Shown here: positions 11,692 to 25,744 of the stretch, piece after piece
Layout: the number at the start of each line of letters is the position of its first letter
How positions within the stretch are numbered: the stretch's first letter is position 1
NCBI GenBank assembly: GCA_001643675.2
Contig: LSRY02000010.1
Location: 682,001-746,000 of the forward strand
Direction: 5' to 3'
Origin: Monocercomonoides exilis PA203
Lineage: Eukaryota; Protista; Preaxostyla
DNA length: 64,000 nt
Notes under the pieces: model-generated
What the model was told of the DNA's origin: nothing
The model's input: only the letters and a program-made list of their open reading frames with translations
The model's database searches: none
Program-made: the position numbers and the translations under genes

Positions 11692-14600
11692 TCATTCAAC
11701 AATTTTTCCTGGCAAAACGATTTTGATTGTTTGTCTCTCTTCTGATTCCTCATCTCCACTCTCAACGTAGCTTCTTCTGACAATCCTCCCATTCTGGATA
11801 TAAATCCCATCAGATATCGTCATGATCAGCTTCTCTTTCGGAAAGTGCCCCACACACTCCCGCTTCACGCTCTCCAGCCCAATTCTCTCGTTCGCCTCCT
11901 TCCAAAAACACCCTTTCACAAGTTCGCAAAAACTGCTCTCGCTCACTTCTGACATGCGCGGCCTCTCCCCATTCATTATCTTCTGTCCTGCAATCACTGC
12001 CTCATAATCTCCAAATGGCACCTTCAATGTCAGGCACTCCCACAGCATCATCCCAATCGAAAACACAACTGACTTCTTTGTTGCTCCCATCTTCTTGTTC
12101 ATCAGCTCCGGCGCCTTCCACCTCAAACACTCATTTCTGTTGTCCTCTTCATCCTCAAACGCTGATGAAGCAAGAGAGTTTCTATCATCATCATCATCAC
12201 TGGCAGAAGTGACAATAGTTGACGATGAGATGGATGATGAATCTGAATCATCATCATCAGAAGAACAGTCGGAGTGCATGGCAATACAAATTACCATGTG
12301 CTCGGAGAATAACACAATGTGAGGACTGAGATTTTTCAGAGAAGATAGAGGGTTTTCCATTTCGTCAAATGAATGAAGAGCAAGATTAGCAACCCAGAAC
12401 AGGATCTGAGCTGCTGTCTGCTCCCTCTCTTGCAGAGTACCAATCGCCATCTCCTTCTTTTCATTCCTCCCATGAAGCAGCATGAACAGCGAATCTCTCA
12501 AGTCCACAATCAGCTTCTCATGAGGAGAAGAGCAGGCCATTGCATCCACCAGATTCGACATGGATGAGGTGGTTGGGCACAGACTCTCCGATCGAACAAA
12601 TGTGGTATCTGTGTCTGAAGTGTCTGTTGTGGAAGTGGATGAGATAGATGGTGATGGTGATCTCTTCCTTATCTCTTCCTCTTCCTCCTTTTCCAGTGCC
12701 CAATCGGGAATCTTATCTGAATCTCTTCCCAAGATGTATTCAGTTGAACCACTCTCAGATAGAAGATGCTCTTCAGATTCCGAATGCACCATTGCCTTCT
12801 CATACACCCTCTTCTTCACATTTCTTTCGTTTTTTTGCTCTGCCTCCCTCTCCGATTTCCTCCACTGCTCTTTTGGTGACATCTCCATCGTCATCATCTC
12901 AAATGCCTTCGGATCCTTTCTGATATTGTCTTCCACGATTATCTCCAATTCTTCTGTTCGTCTCTTTTGTTTTCTCCATCGAACAGCCAAAATAATTGAT
13001 ACAATCAGAACAATTAATAGTATCACAACAAGCACAATGACAATCAATAACCAATAAGATTTCCCTTCTTTTCCTCCTTCAACAATTATTTCATCTCCAT
13101 TTGCCTTTGCTTCACTTGCATTCTTCAGAATAAGAGAATTAGTCGATGAAGGAGATTCTTCATTCCCAAACAAAACATGCACACTCACTTCTATTTCATC
13201 TCCACAACTGTTGATGAGATCTTTTCCCACACTCCCTTCGACTTCTTTTTCTGACAAAAATCCATTTGAATCAAAATCATGTTTTTCAATCTCTTTCTCT
13301 TCTCCTTTCCTCTTCACAACTGAGAATGACAGATTGCATGGAACAAGAAGCAATCCTTTGAATGTCAGCTTCATTCTATCAATCTCTTCTATTGCTTCCA
13401 CACTTTCCAATACAGGAATGAAAAATGATGAATCCCTTTCTGAAGCAATCCCTTCAAAACTGCACCCTTCATTTAACATCCAAAGTGAAGAATTTGGCAA
13501 ACCTCCATCTCCTCCTTTCAAACTCATCACTTTCAATATTCCTGAATCTGTGCAAATGACATTTCTTCTTAATGATGGATATCCTTCAATTGATGGATTG
13601 TTATTCAAAAACTCTCCTTTCTCAATAATCACATTTCCTCCGCTCATTGTTATTCCTCCTTCTGATGAATTTGAGATTGTTGTGTCTTTCATCAAAACAG
13701 AACTCTTCACAACATCCACAAGAGATCCATCCCACCTGCACATTTCTTCTCCCTCATTGAAAGTCTGTTCATTTCTTTCCATTGTTCCTCCAACAAACAA
13801 ACATGATCCAATCAGCACATCCAAACATTCACAGATCTCCATCATTCTTCCCTTCTCTTTTGTGCTCCTGCATATCGCAAAAGAGCAGTTCAACACGCTC
13901 ACCTCTTTTTCAGCTCCCTCTATCCTCATCACACTTCCTTCATTAACCACAGAGATATTCTCAAAATTCACTTCCTTCATCTCTACCTCTGCCTTCATTC
14001 CAATGCCAATCACTTCTCCTTCACTAACAATCTCTGAGATGTTTGCTTCAAAAATCACAATCTTTACCTCTTTTGTTAATGATAGAAGTGGTGCTGTGGT
14101 GCAAATCCCATCAAATATTGTTTCTGAAATCTTCAGCTCCCCACTCTCCACAATCACAATTGTGTTCTTCATCATTAGATCCATCGTTGCTGAGCTGAAT
14201 CTGCACTCAGAAATCTCCAATCTCCCATCCTTCTCTTTCAAAATGTTCTTTTGATTCCCTTCAAATGATTCCCCAAACACAAATTCACATCTCTCCACAA
14301 CACACTCATTCAAAAACACAATCGCACTCCCTTCGCTCCCTGTTTCTTCAATCCTTGTATTGAAATGGATGGTTGCCTGCACTCTCTTCAATGATTTCAC
14401 ATTCAAATCTCCTATCTCACACTCTCCACCAATCAAGCATTCTCCATCAATCCACAGCACGTTCTAAAGACTTTTTTCAATATGTTGAATACCACAACTT
14501 ATGCTCCGACACGGAGTATTCTGTGCTCCACATTGTCTGCTATCGCTTCCATTCACGCTCACAAATACCTGAACTGAGTGAAAGAATGTGATCAGCGGAA

Positions 14601-17600
14601 TCAGATCAATATCAATCTCATTGACTGCATCCCTCCCACAAATTGAGTTGTTCGACTTCAGAGCATCCTGGCTGAAATCCAGCACAAATAGCGTTTCATT
14701 CACCTGCTCTGCAATCGAGTGGCACTTGATGAACACATCCTTCCCCACAAATGCCTCGTTCATCACAAATCTAATGGTCTCCATCCTCAGTCCAAGTGGT
14801 GGTATTTTTGTATCAATGCATTCCTCATTCGGATCAAGTGCATCAATCATCACTCCTCCTCCTCTCCCATTCATTATTGAGCATTCACACATCACAAATG
14901 AGCATCCACTCACTTTCAGATCTGATTCTCCACCCTTCACACACATCTTCACTCCTCCACCTTCCTCGCTCATCTCGCTCATGCACTTCGTCAACACGCA
15001 TCCTTCCATCACACATTCCACACCAACTGAAAACGAATCCATATTCACAATGCATGGGTTGTTCAATTGACTTGTGATGTTTGTGAATATTGAGCTGTTA
15101 ATCCTTATCATCGTCTTTGGATTTCGTTCTTCATTCTTATTCCATCTGCTGACATGTGCTTCCTCTTCCAGTGAAATCAGACTCTTTTCAGATATGGATG
15201 TGTTCGATATCGTAAGATTCACCACATCAATCGCATCCACTTCTGGAGCAAACTCTAAAAACCCTTTTACCAGAACGAACTGAGAAAGAGAACAATCCTC
15301 AATCAAAACACTTCCTCCATCAACTTTCACAGTACAATAGTTCATCTCTCTTGTTGAATCCTCACAAACAAAAGAACTCATCTTAATTGAAAGTGTTGCA
15401 GAAGAGGAAGATAATGATTGGATAAATGACAAATGCTTCCCCAATTCATTTGGAAGAGAAAATGACAAGTTCATGAGAGAAAAACAAATATTCGATGTTA
15501 TCATCGACTCTCCAATACCCTCATCATCCATTTCTCTCACTTTCAGAACTGTTCCTTTCTCACTCCCCTCAATTGATACAATAGGAGTCATTGATAATGA
15601 TGATGATTGCAAAGATATTGATTTTTGAAGCAATCCTGATCCCACAATGCTGATAGAGGTTTCCGCTTCCCCAAGTGTTGCATATCGCAGTGAAATCAGA
15701 TGATCAACTGATGAACATGGCGCTTCAGAAAATCCACATCCACTGAAGTCTCCTCCTTTCTCTTTCGAAACAAACCCATTCCCACTCCAATTATCCCACA
15801 AATACACAACCAGCGGAATCATATATCCCTCTCCTGTTGTCTTCCTTTCCCATCCACACAGTTCATCCAACGATCTCAACTCCTCAGAGCTCATCTCCCA
15901 TTTCATGTGCTCCTCATTCACAATCTCGCTCAGATCCCATCCCGAAACAAACAAATTCTTCCCTTTCCAGGCATTGCATCCTTCAAATATCATCCTTTCA
16001 AGCACAAATGTTCCCATCTCATCTGGCAGCTTCACAAACATCCCTCCTCCCAATCCTCTCCCTCCATCCTCAACATCCTCTCTTGGCACTTCACATCCCT
16101 CAAACTTCACATTTTTCATTTCCAAATTTCCTTCACTTCCAATTGATATCATCATCCCCCCTCCTTTCATTCCGCTTTCACCTGAACATGTTGAGGATAT
16201 ATTGCATTCTTCAATTTTCGCATTCCCATTAACGCCCATCCCAACATTCAAGCATCCCCCACCTTCACTTCCACCTTCCATTCCCACGCCACTCACTCTG
16301 CTGTTCTTCAATTCCAACTCAGCTCCATTTGCCATCGTTATTGGTGATTTCCCATTCATCTTCAGTGTTACTCCACTTTCCATCACAAATCCATCAACAA
16401 TCAGATAACCTCCTGCCATATTTATTATACTGTATCCTATCTTTCCATCAGTCAATGCCCCACTCTCAAATGAGACTGAACAGTTTGTCACACTGAGTGT
16501 TGATGATGTTGAGTGAATGAATGCACTTCTCCTCGAATTCAACTGACCTTTCACAACAAATGAAAGTCTCCTCATTGTCAGTGAACTCGAACATCCAACA
16601 AGCCAATCTTGTGTGGCTGATCCTCCATCACTAACATTCACTTGAATCCTCTCTCCATCGGATGACACTATTCTGCCTGAAATGCTCACATTAAATGAAG
16701 ATAATTCAATTTCATCCTTTATGGATGAAGATGATGCAACCTCAATTTCTTTTGAACTTTCACTCATTCTTGAGTTCGCACAATAATCAACTGTCAAACA
16801 GCCAAACCTTTCAAATCCACAATGATTGTGGTCCATCCCATTTCCTCCACTCCCATCAACAATCACCTTCGTTCCCATTGAGCACAAATACACAAACAGC
16901 GGAATCACTCCGTTTTCATCCCCATTTTCACCCCCACTCAGCTGAAGCATATCTGATGGAATTTCACTTGTGTCAAAAAATGAAAATGAGCTTGCATTCA
17001 CTTTTGACTCCAAAAACACACCACTCCCACAATGAACAAACACATCCTTCCCGTATTCTGCCACATTCCCATTCACTTTCGAAAACTCAACATTCTGCCC
17101 AATTGTCAATCCACACCCTCCACTCTCCATCAGCACAAACATTCCTCCTCCTCTCCCTCCTCTCCCTTCATTATTCTCTGCCTTATTCCCATCAATCACA
17201 CTCGTTCCATTCACATCCACTTTCCCATTTCCCTTTAACACAACATATATTCCTCCTCCTTTTCCACCAATACAACTGCACCCATTCACATTGCATCCAT
17301 CAACAGTCAATGTTCCACTCGACCCAACTGTTCCTTTCATCCATCCTCCATCTCCCTCATTCCTTTTGACTCCACTGATATTGCATCCTGAACAAATCAC
17401 ACTCGTCATTCCTTCACAAAATTCAATCGCTGAATGATCATTGAATGTCATCCCTTCCTCAATCACAAATCGATCCATTTTCAGATTCCCGCTCTGCGCA
17501 TTCACAAAACAATATCCAAAGGCCACGATCGATGTGCTCTCTGATGAATGAGCAACTGAGCAGTCTGTGAGTGTGAGTGATGAGCTGGTCAAGCCAATGA

Positions 17601-20600
17601 GCGATGTTGCACTCGATAACGAAAATGGTATTTGAAACGCAATGTTCTTTATTGAACTTGAACTCTCAACATTTATCAAATACGAAGATGCCATTCCACT
17701 CGGCAATCTCACATTCACATTCGTCTTGTTGATTGTGCAATACACCTCCCATTCATATGTTCCCGCCATCAACACAACTTCTCCCAGCTCAAACCCTGGA
17801 TCCAATACAATATTCTTCTTTGACGAACTGAATCTGTTTTGAGCAGCAAAAATGATTGTGGAACATGGAAAATACCCAAACCCACAAAACCACGAGTCAT
17901 ATCCTCCACACCCATTTACCACCTTCCCCACATGTGCTGCTCCTGAAAATGCATCCAAAAACACATTCAAAGGAAATATTCCCATCCCTATCTCGTTCCG
18001 GTCATATCCCATCAGTTCATCATAAATAGTTCTATTGTGTCCAACATTCAACTTTGTGGTTGTTATTGTCCCACTCACAAACCTGCTCCCATTCACAAAC
18101 ACATCTTTCCCTCCCAATGTTGCACTGCAACCAACAAAACTCACTGATGATATCGTAAAATCAAATGAGTTATCTGCCAGAAATAGCATTATCCCTCCTC
18201 CAAATCCTCTGCACTTGCATTGATGAAATGCTGTTGTTCCTCCACTGTGTGATGTTGAATCTCCAATACGAACTTTGCTTGATATTCCTTCCAACTCAAC
18301 TTTTATCCCTCCTCCATTCCCATTCATGCACGCACACCCATCCATTGTTGTATTCCACACCACAAATGTCTCTTCTCCCTTCACATTCTTTGTCATCATC
18401 ACTCCATCTCCCTCTTTCCTATTCACATTCCGAATTGTCACATTCCCCAGAATGCTTTCTCCCAAAGTTGATCCTGCTGATGATGGTTCTGCAAATAGTG
18501 GCTGACTCATTTTTATATTTTTGATCTCCACATCAATCATTTTCAACTGTCTCAGAGCCACTTCAAACACAGATGACGAGATTCCACTCCCTCCTGACAC
18601 CGAAGAACTGATCAAAACATCCTCCAGCGAAAGTGATCCACTTCCATCAGTAACAACAAACACACTCGGCGATGGACTTTTCATCGGGTTGTGATCTATC
18701 CCCACATGCCCCACCTCCAGTTGTCCAGAAGATATGCTGAACAGAGTAGTTGCAGGCGAAGAAAGCGCACTTGTCCCAATCACACTCACCGTCTTCCCTC
18801 TCCCCAAAACAGAAATCTTCTTTTCCCCAACACTGATTGTCTTTTCTTCATTCACATGCTTCCCACCCAGCACTGTGATCGAAGAGTTCAGCTGTGCCAT
18901 GCTCGCCCCCACTGCATGACACACTGTCTTGCACGGTGCACTCTCACTCATCCCACACAGATTGCTCGCGTCACTTCCACCAACCCCAACACACCGATCT
19001 TTCATCCCTTCCTTCAGCCAATCCTTCTTTTCTGTATATTGATAACTATAGTATAAATGGCACACTCTCGTATCATTGCTATTCGTTGTGTACGATTCAT
19101 AAAAAGGGTTAGCCGATGAAAAGAGATTGTAATAATCTTGAAAAAACACATCGTGGCCATATGGAGTAGAATTACTGCATCTGCATTCGTGAAAGAAGAA
19201 GAAATAACAATAGAGGTTGTTGCTTGGAGCTGTTGAATGATATGGTCTGAAATCCAATCCTCCACCACATGATACAGCCGAGCACGAAATAAACTGCATG
19301 CTCCGCATTTTGAATGCGGCAGAGACATAGTAACAATACATCCCTCCACCCCATGCACCAGTTATAGAACAAGAAGTGAATGAGCACTCAAAAATACAAG
19401 CACTTTCCCCTTTGCCACTTTCTGATCTTATACAAGCAGATCCGGAAACATTTAAAAATTCAAGACCAAGCCCACCTCCATTTCCATCAGCTTGACAATT
19501 CAAAAATTCGCATCCACCGATCAGAACACATGTCGAAATCGAATTCACGTATATCCCTCCTCCAGCTTGAGTTGTTGCAACGCATGCATTGAATGAGTTG
19601 TTCTCAATTTTGATTGATTTAATAGAATAGCACACAATTCCTCCCCCAGTATAATGTGCTGTACAATCGTTGAATGTGCAATGAGAACCAGTTAGAGATC
19701 CATTCTTTAAATTGCATAAACTGATTGCTCCTCCATTCGAAGCGCCATCTGAAAGAGTATTTGCTGTTGCAACTGTTCTTGATCCGTTCCATTCGCACCA
19801 AGTGAATGAATTTGCTCCATTATCTGAAATCTGCTTTCTCCCTGGAGATTTCTTATTATCTTCGCTTCCAATGAATTCAACATTTCTTGTGCGACAACAC
19901 CCAACAAAAGAAGTGTTTGAAACAACCAGTGATGAAAGTGGAGAATTGATTGATTGGATGATTCCTCCATCATACGCATCACAAACTGATGAAAACAAGC
20001 AGCCATCCATCAAAGTGCAGCTTTCCCAATAACATGCTGAAACAGATCCTCGAGACGATGAAGAAGTCGAAATGTTGAAGAAAACCATGTTCGAGAGTGA
20101 AGCACTCTCAATGGATGGTGATGACAAAAATGGTGCTGAGGAGAGTGTCATTGAAGAAAAATGAGATGAGCAAATCGAAACTCTTCCAAAATGTGGCAAA
20201 CGATCCTCAGTTGGATTTGAAGCAAAAAAAGGAGGAATTTGAGGAAATTGAGTTTTTGAAGTTTTGAGAGAGATATTCGTCAAAATTGCACAACTTCCCT
20301 TCAAATCCAATGGCGAAATACCACTTTCCACAATCACTCCACATCCATCCATCACAATCTCACTTTCACTCCAAGCACAGGCAATGCCTTTTCCATCTCC
20401 ACAGCCCATCCTCAATCCTCTCAAATGCACTGACGAATTCTTCAAAACCACACTTCCTTTCATTTCACTTTTCCCAAATCCATTCCCCTTTCCGCCCACT
20501 TTCAAAATGTCAGTATTTGCACAATCCTCACGTTTTTCATCAAAACGATCATTGCTCTTCACTTTTGCTTTGTTTTCCTTGTTTTTCATCAAAACCCTTT

Positions 20601-20850
20601 TTCTTTCATCAGTTCCTTCGCTGTCTCCATTTTTGAGGGAACAATGCATTTCCTTATTTTTTGTATCAAATGTTTTCATCTCAAATTCACCATGGTCAAA
20701 TGAGTATTCACATGCAGGAATCTTTTCCTTATCTTTCACTCTCTCCTTTGAGGATGCATCTTCAATTGTTGCACCCAAGGGCATGCACTGACGTTGCAAT
20801 ATGGATGCAGAGGCAACAAAACTCAAAACAATAATAACTGGATTTCGCAT
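11692..20850 (-). CDS. Giant type-I membrane receptor-like protein: signal peptide, Cys/Gly-rich beta-helix-like ectodomain, one TM, TKL/TK-like pseudokinase; interrupted by one in-frame TAG at 14464-14466 (recent pseudogene or readthrough)
   Basis: ORFs 14464-20850 and 11692-14460 share a frame (..HIEKSL*NVLWIDGEC..). N-terminus is MRNPVIIVLSFVASA. The ectodomain has GGAI/GGG motifs and five GxD-x-CG-x-C modules. TM YWLLIVIVLVVILLIVLIVSIILAV is followed by RWRKQKRR (~12960-13057). The kinase C-lobe has RWKAPE, VFSIGMMLWECLT, VPF and GERP, with no HRD or DFG. Confidence 0.8.
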
Positions 20851-21279
20851 TCAATTCTCTTTTTATTTTGTTTTTTCTCAATCGAGTTATTCTGTTATGG
20901 GTCATTTTGATAAATCATTCATCTTTTCTTCTCTTTTCCTGCCAAATCCAAAATTCGCAAATGATAAAATTCATGAAAGAATAGATAGCGCATGCATACT
21001 TTTTGAATCATCATTAATAAGAATTCTTTGAATGAATATTTTTTCAATTTCGAATTGTTCACTAACAACAATAAATGCTCCTAATACCAACTGCAAATGA
21101 ATTCAATAATCGTTGTGGTCCATTTCTTTTTTCATTCAAATATTAAAGGTTGAAAAAAATGGAGAAAACAGATTTTTCATTCAAAAACAATGAATAATCA
21201 ACAAAAAGGCACAATGAGAAAGAAATACAAACATACAAAAAAAAAATATATGAGATAAAAAAGATGAGCAAATGCAATA

Positions 21280-23050
21280 AATGGTTATTCCATGTTCTCA
21301 CTTTTCTATCATCAAACTTTTTTTTATTTTTCAAAAATACATTCAGCTTGTCGTCTCAAACTTTATTTCAATCTTTCGTTTTCTATTCGTTATCTAATTC
21401 TTTCATCCTGTGAGTCAATACAGTTCCTGCTCATTTCACGAAAAGAAATGACAGTTAATGCAAAGATAGTGGATGAAAGATGAATCCTTTGGAATGCTCT
21501 GATGATAAATTTTTCAAAGTCAAATTTGAAAGAGAATAATTCCTGGAAAAATTCATATTCCAAAAAAAGGACTTTTAACAAAAACAGTGAAATAAAAAAA
21601 AATCAAACCAAATTATATTCTCACTTCATCTCCCTCTGAGAATTTGTTTCCTCAAAGTGTGAAATTAGCTCCGATTTCATTGTTCCTCATTTCCTTCCTT
21701 CTTTCGTAGTTGTCTTAAAATAACTTGAACAATCCAAAAAAGATAATTCCCTTCAGCTCCTGATTTGTCACAATTGCTGATTATCTTTTCAAGATCTGAA
21801 TATTTCCCATTTCCATTTGTCTGTCTATTCAAAAAAACCAAATATCAATTAATCCAGAATAAGAGAAATAAATAAATAAAATAAATAGAATTCAAACAAT
21901 AGATACAAACAAATATAAAACACCTCTTTTTGTTTTTCAATTGATAAGACTCCTAAAGATATGCTTTGATTGGATATAACTTTTCCATCCAAAATCATTT
22001 TCTTCTTCTTGTTGTTAAAATTGATTTTGTCAAATCTCATGCAACTGCTTCATCTTTCTTGATAACTCCATTTTTCCCTTTGTTCTCTTTTGGAATTGAC
22101 TTTTCATTTGTATGAATGAAAAAAATTGAAAATTCAGCCAATACAACGCATCGAAAATTCTTTTCCTTTTTTTGATAGTATCTGACAGAAAAAAGATAAT
22201 TGATAGAAAAGGATCCGCTCTATCTCAATAATGATGATTTTCAAAATCCAGTTTGTTTATTCAAAGGAATATCAAATGGTGTTTCGTCAATGAACTTGCT
22301 TTTCCAGAAATTGAATGATAACAGAAATAACAAAAAAATGAAGGAGAATGCTAATATTCGCTGAACAAACTGCAAATCAGAAAATCCATTTTCAGTAAGA
22401 TTGAATGAATGCTTTCCAATGAATAAGCACTGGCAAATACAAATCTTCAAGCATTTTTCCTTTAATTACAAATTCAATAATGTAATGTCAAATGCAGTGT
22501 TGAGGTGAAACTGGATGCCCCAACATTTTCCCGAATGCTCTATTCCAATATGTTCATTTGTCTCGATAACCTTCATCGCCATTTCATCTGCAACCGTGAA
22601 TAAAAGAAAATATTGTATTTGAAGTCGTCAAAAAGCACTCCAATCTTGTTGAGATAACATCTCCTTTGAACAAAGAAAACATTGTATTTTGTTGTTGGCA
22701 AACATCACGATTTGACGTTTTTGTGTATCCATCAGCAGTTTTCAAGCTTTTTGAATTTCAATATAATCTAATTCTTTACAACGAATGACAAAAAACAAAA
22801 TACACACTACACACAAACAAATCTTTTAAACTTGAACCTACTCATTTTTCCCTGTGAATGAAGACAATCGCATTCAAAATACAAAAATTGCTAAAGCATC
22901 ACTTTTTTCACCTCATTTCGAAGCGACAAAGAAGGAGCTCTTTCCCAATTGAAACAATAAATTGTTTTCAGAGTTTCATGGAAGTTACAGATGCATCGTC
23001 TTTTGCACAATTCCTGCTGACCAAAACATTGTTTTTTGATCTTTTCGAAA
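21280..23050 (-). pseudogene. Degenerate multi-exon gene relic of unknown family
   Basis: Coding-like blocks with stops, bounded by AG/GT intron-like AT-rich gaps on the minus strand, e.g. NGDEGYRDK*TYWNRAFGKMLGHPVSPQHCI*HYIIEFVIKGK (~22430-22590) and QTNGNGKYSDLEKIISNCDKSGAEGNYLFWIVQV (~21700-21825). No recognisable domain. Confidence 0.3.
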
Positions 23051-23083
23051 ATGTTATGCAAACGATCGTTTTTTATTTTATAT

Positions 23084-23220
23084 TAGATACAATGCAGATT
23101 GAATCAAATTATTCAAATTGAAAAAATAATTTGAAATTGTGGGGGTTATTTAAAATAACCCCTGTTTATTTGAATTGACTTGCTTATTTTTTAAATCTTC
23201 ATCCTATTTTGAATTGAATG
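23084..23220 (+). repeat. Left terminal inverted repeat with internal palindrome GGGGTTATTT-A-AAATAACCCC (23142-23162)
   Basis: Reverse-complement match to 26465-26600; the palindrome has perfect 10-bp arms. Confidence 0.7.
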
Positions 23221-23992
23221 TTCAAAACATGAAAATGGATAACATTAAATGATTTGCATAAAAGATTGATATAAAATTCTGAAGTTTCTTTTGATTCTCT
23301 TTTTGAAAATTTTTGATCTTTCAATAATCTTCTTCGAAAAAATAGAATAATTCGATAATTCATTTAAAATGCTATTCCAACTTATGTTATTGAAAATGTG
23401 AGCTTTATAACGAGAGTTTGAATGATTATTGCAATTAAAAAGTCATTTTTCCCAATATACAAATCATAAAAGCTTTTTCAAATTTTTAGTTTTTTTCTTC
23501 GCAATTGAAAGTTGTTTCTTTTTATTGTTTCACCGTTAGCAACTTCAATGTGATATCTATCTATTACCTTTGGATTACTCTGCTTTTCACGCTTCAAGCA
23601 ACAGCTATTTTCAAACAATATTGTTTTTCATTTTTCGCCTTGTTGATAAACAATACCTTCAAGCATTTACGTGAAATATATAAAACACTGAATGTTAAAA
23701 GGTATATACGTTTCTTTTTCAAGATTTCGTTTTGAGTATTAAACATTTCTATTTTTAACAAATTTAACTTTTTCGATATTTATCTAATTATTTAGCATAT
23801 TACACATTTTTTTCTTTCGTGCATAAAGCACAGAAAGCCTTTAATATGTGGATGATCAAAAATTTGAAGTATTTTCATCCTCAGAATTACTTGCAAACAC
23901 ATATAAAATTATTTTGATCACACAATTTATTCTCTCTCGTCCTTTTCTTAAGTTATCTCTTCCGACACATTCAGAACACTATCAAATGATCA

Positions 23993-25744
23993 ATCATTAC
24001 TTCCCTCAACAGCCAATCCACTTCTCTCTCTGTATTCAACTCCTCTTTCCTTCATCAAACACGTTCTTCATCAAATGATCTTGTAAGATATAACGGATCT
24101 GAATCTCAACAAGAGAAATTAAGCAGATTGTCCTTCACTGCTTTGAATAGCTATTTCTTTGAGTGGTGCGAATGGAACGATTCAAATGGTGGATCGAATC
24201 ATGGTGGAGCTCTTCGTGTTGAGTGTATAAATGCAAATCTCTCTATCATTTCTTGCTCATTCAACAAATGAACATCAAGCAATGGTGAAGGAGGAGCTTT
24301 GTTTTGTGAAAATTTATTGCAAATCAGTATCGCAAAATCTCATTTCACAAGTTGTCAAGCAAAGCATGGAGGAGCAACTTGTATAGCTTATCCTCTAACC
24401 AGTTCTGTCTGGACATTCTCAGAAAACAGAGTGGATAATTGATCAATAGCTGATTGGTGTGGAACTGGTTGGTATTTCAGGCTCGAAAACATGTAATCAA
24501 ATGCTCAGTTTCTATTCACCAAATGCAAGTGTTTTATAAATATTGGTGGTGAATCTGCTGGCCCTTTTTCATTCATTTGGCCTCCAGGAAACAAACCAAG
24601 TCAGTTTTTGGTTGATGATTGCCAATTTACAAACAATAAACTGAATGCTACCTCAACTTCATGGGGAGGTGCTGCAATATTTTTCAGATACACATATTCC
24701 TGGATGAATGAAGTCAAATTTATCGCATTCTGCTTTTTCGATGGCAACACTGCCAAAAATGGCAGAGGGAATGATGTGTTCTTCAATGGAAGCAGCATTA
24801 GTCAATCACCATTCAATCAGTGTGGTTCAACAACACCCGCAAACAGAATCTTTCTCAACAACACAGCATCCAATGAAACTGTCAACAGCTGGCTTCCTCT
24901 CATTGCAAACAGCAAAATCGTTGGAAACAACGGAACTGATGTCAGTGCCTGTGGTCGAACGCAGGAAAGCCCATGTGCCACAATCGAGTATGCTCTCAGT
25001 GGCTTCGCCCTCCTCCAAGATGCATCTCTCATTCTCCTCAAATCCACCTTTGCACCCATCCAGACACTTATCTTCCTTGCTTTTGACACAAGAATCACGG
25101 GAAATTGAACGACTACCACCACCATCGCCTCAGATTGCATTCATCAACCTCCGTCATCATTTTCATCCTCATCATCATCATTAACATCTTCTTCTTCACC
25201 AGATCCATCTGCCTCGTCTACCCTCTTCGCACAAACTCAGGGCTCCCTCACATTCTCTGCCCTCGCCATCGCCAACAACTCCTCAAATCCCATCTCCCCC
25301 ATCCTCTTCCACCTCTCCCAAAACTCCCCTTCCCTCAACCTCAACACAACCACCATCACCGGAACAACCTCCATGCCAATAAAAACACCCCTCTTCTTCC
25401 TCGCTGCTGGCTCCCTCGCCCTCAACCACACAGCAATCACAAAACTCACCCTCAACAGCCAAAGCATCTTCCACCTCACCTCCCTCACAAATCCCCTCAC
25501 CCTCAACTCCTCCAACATCACCGATATCACCTCCACTGCCGCCCCCACCAGCTGTGCCCTCTCCTCTACCACCTCCCCTGCCCTCTCCCTCTCCCTCGCA
25601 AACTGCACCATCGCCAACATCAACTCAGCTCCACAAAACCAACAGACTGCTACCAATGGCGGGTGCATCTCATTCGACTCATCTGCCTCTGATAATACGT
25701 TTTCAGTGAGTGACACCATCTTCTCCATCTGCTCTGTGAGCGAA
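23993..25744 (+). pseudogene. Fragment of a Cys/Gly-rich beta-helix receptor ectodomain, related to the 11.7-20.9 kb gene
   Basis: One frame reads IITSLNSQSTSLSVFNSSF..FEWCEWNDS..HGGAL..NGRGNDVFF..GTDVSACGRTQESPCATIEYA... This matches IIQSINSPLSSLVVSNTSF..FTWCEWNGS..YGHDVFF..GSDASNLCGMSESAPCKTV in the big receptor. Stops are TGA 24269, TGA 24440, TAA 24494 and TGA 25106, with no frameshift. Both ends are truncated. Confidence 0.8.

Noticed and set aside
14464-14466. TAG/TAA reassigned to Gln, as in the oxymonad Streblomastix
   Set aside because: TAG ends CPSF160, HECT and CBP80, and TAA ends eIF2B-alpha and NSUN2, at plausible C-termini. Multi-kb ORFs contain no internal TAR codons.
24269-25108. 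TGA recoded as Cys or selenocysteine in the receptor fragment
   Set aside because: The same frame also has a TAA and a TGA at a Gly-like position, and it is truncated at both ends. TGA terminates other genes here, and the Cys-rich large paralogue has no internal TGA.
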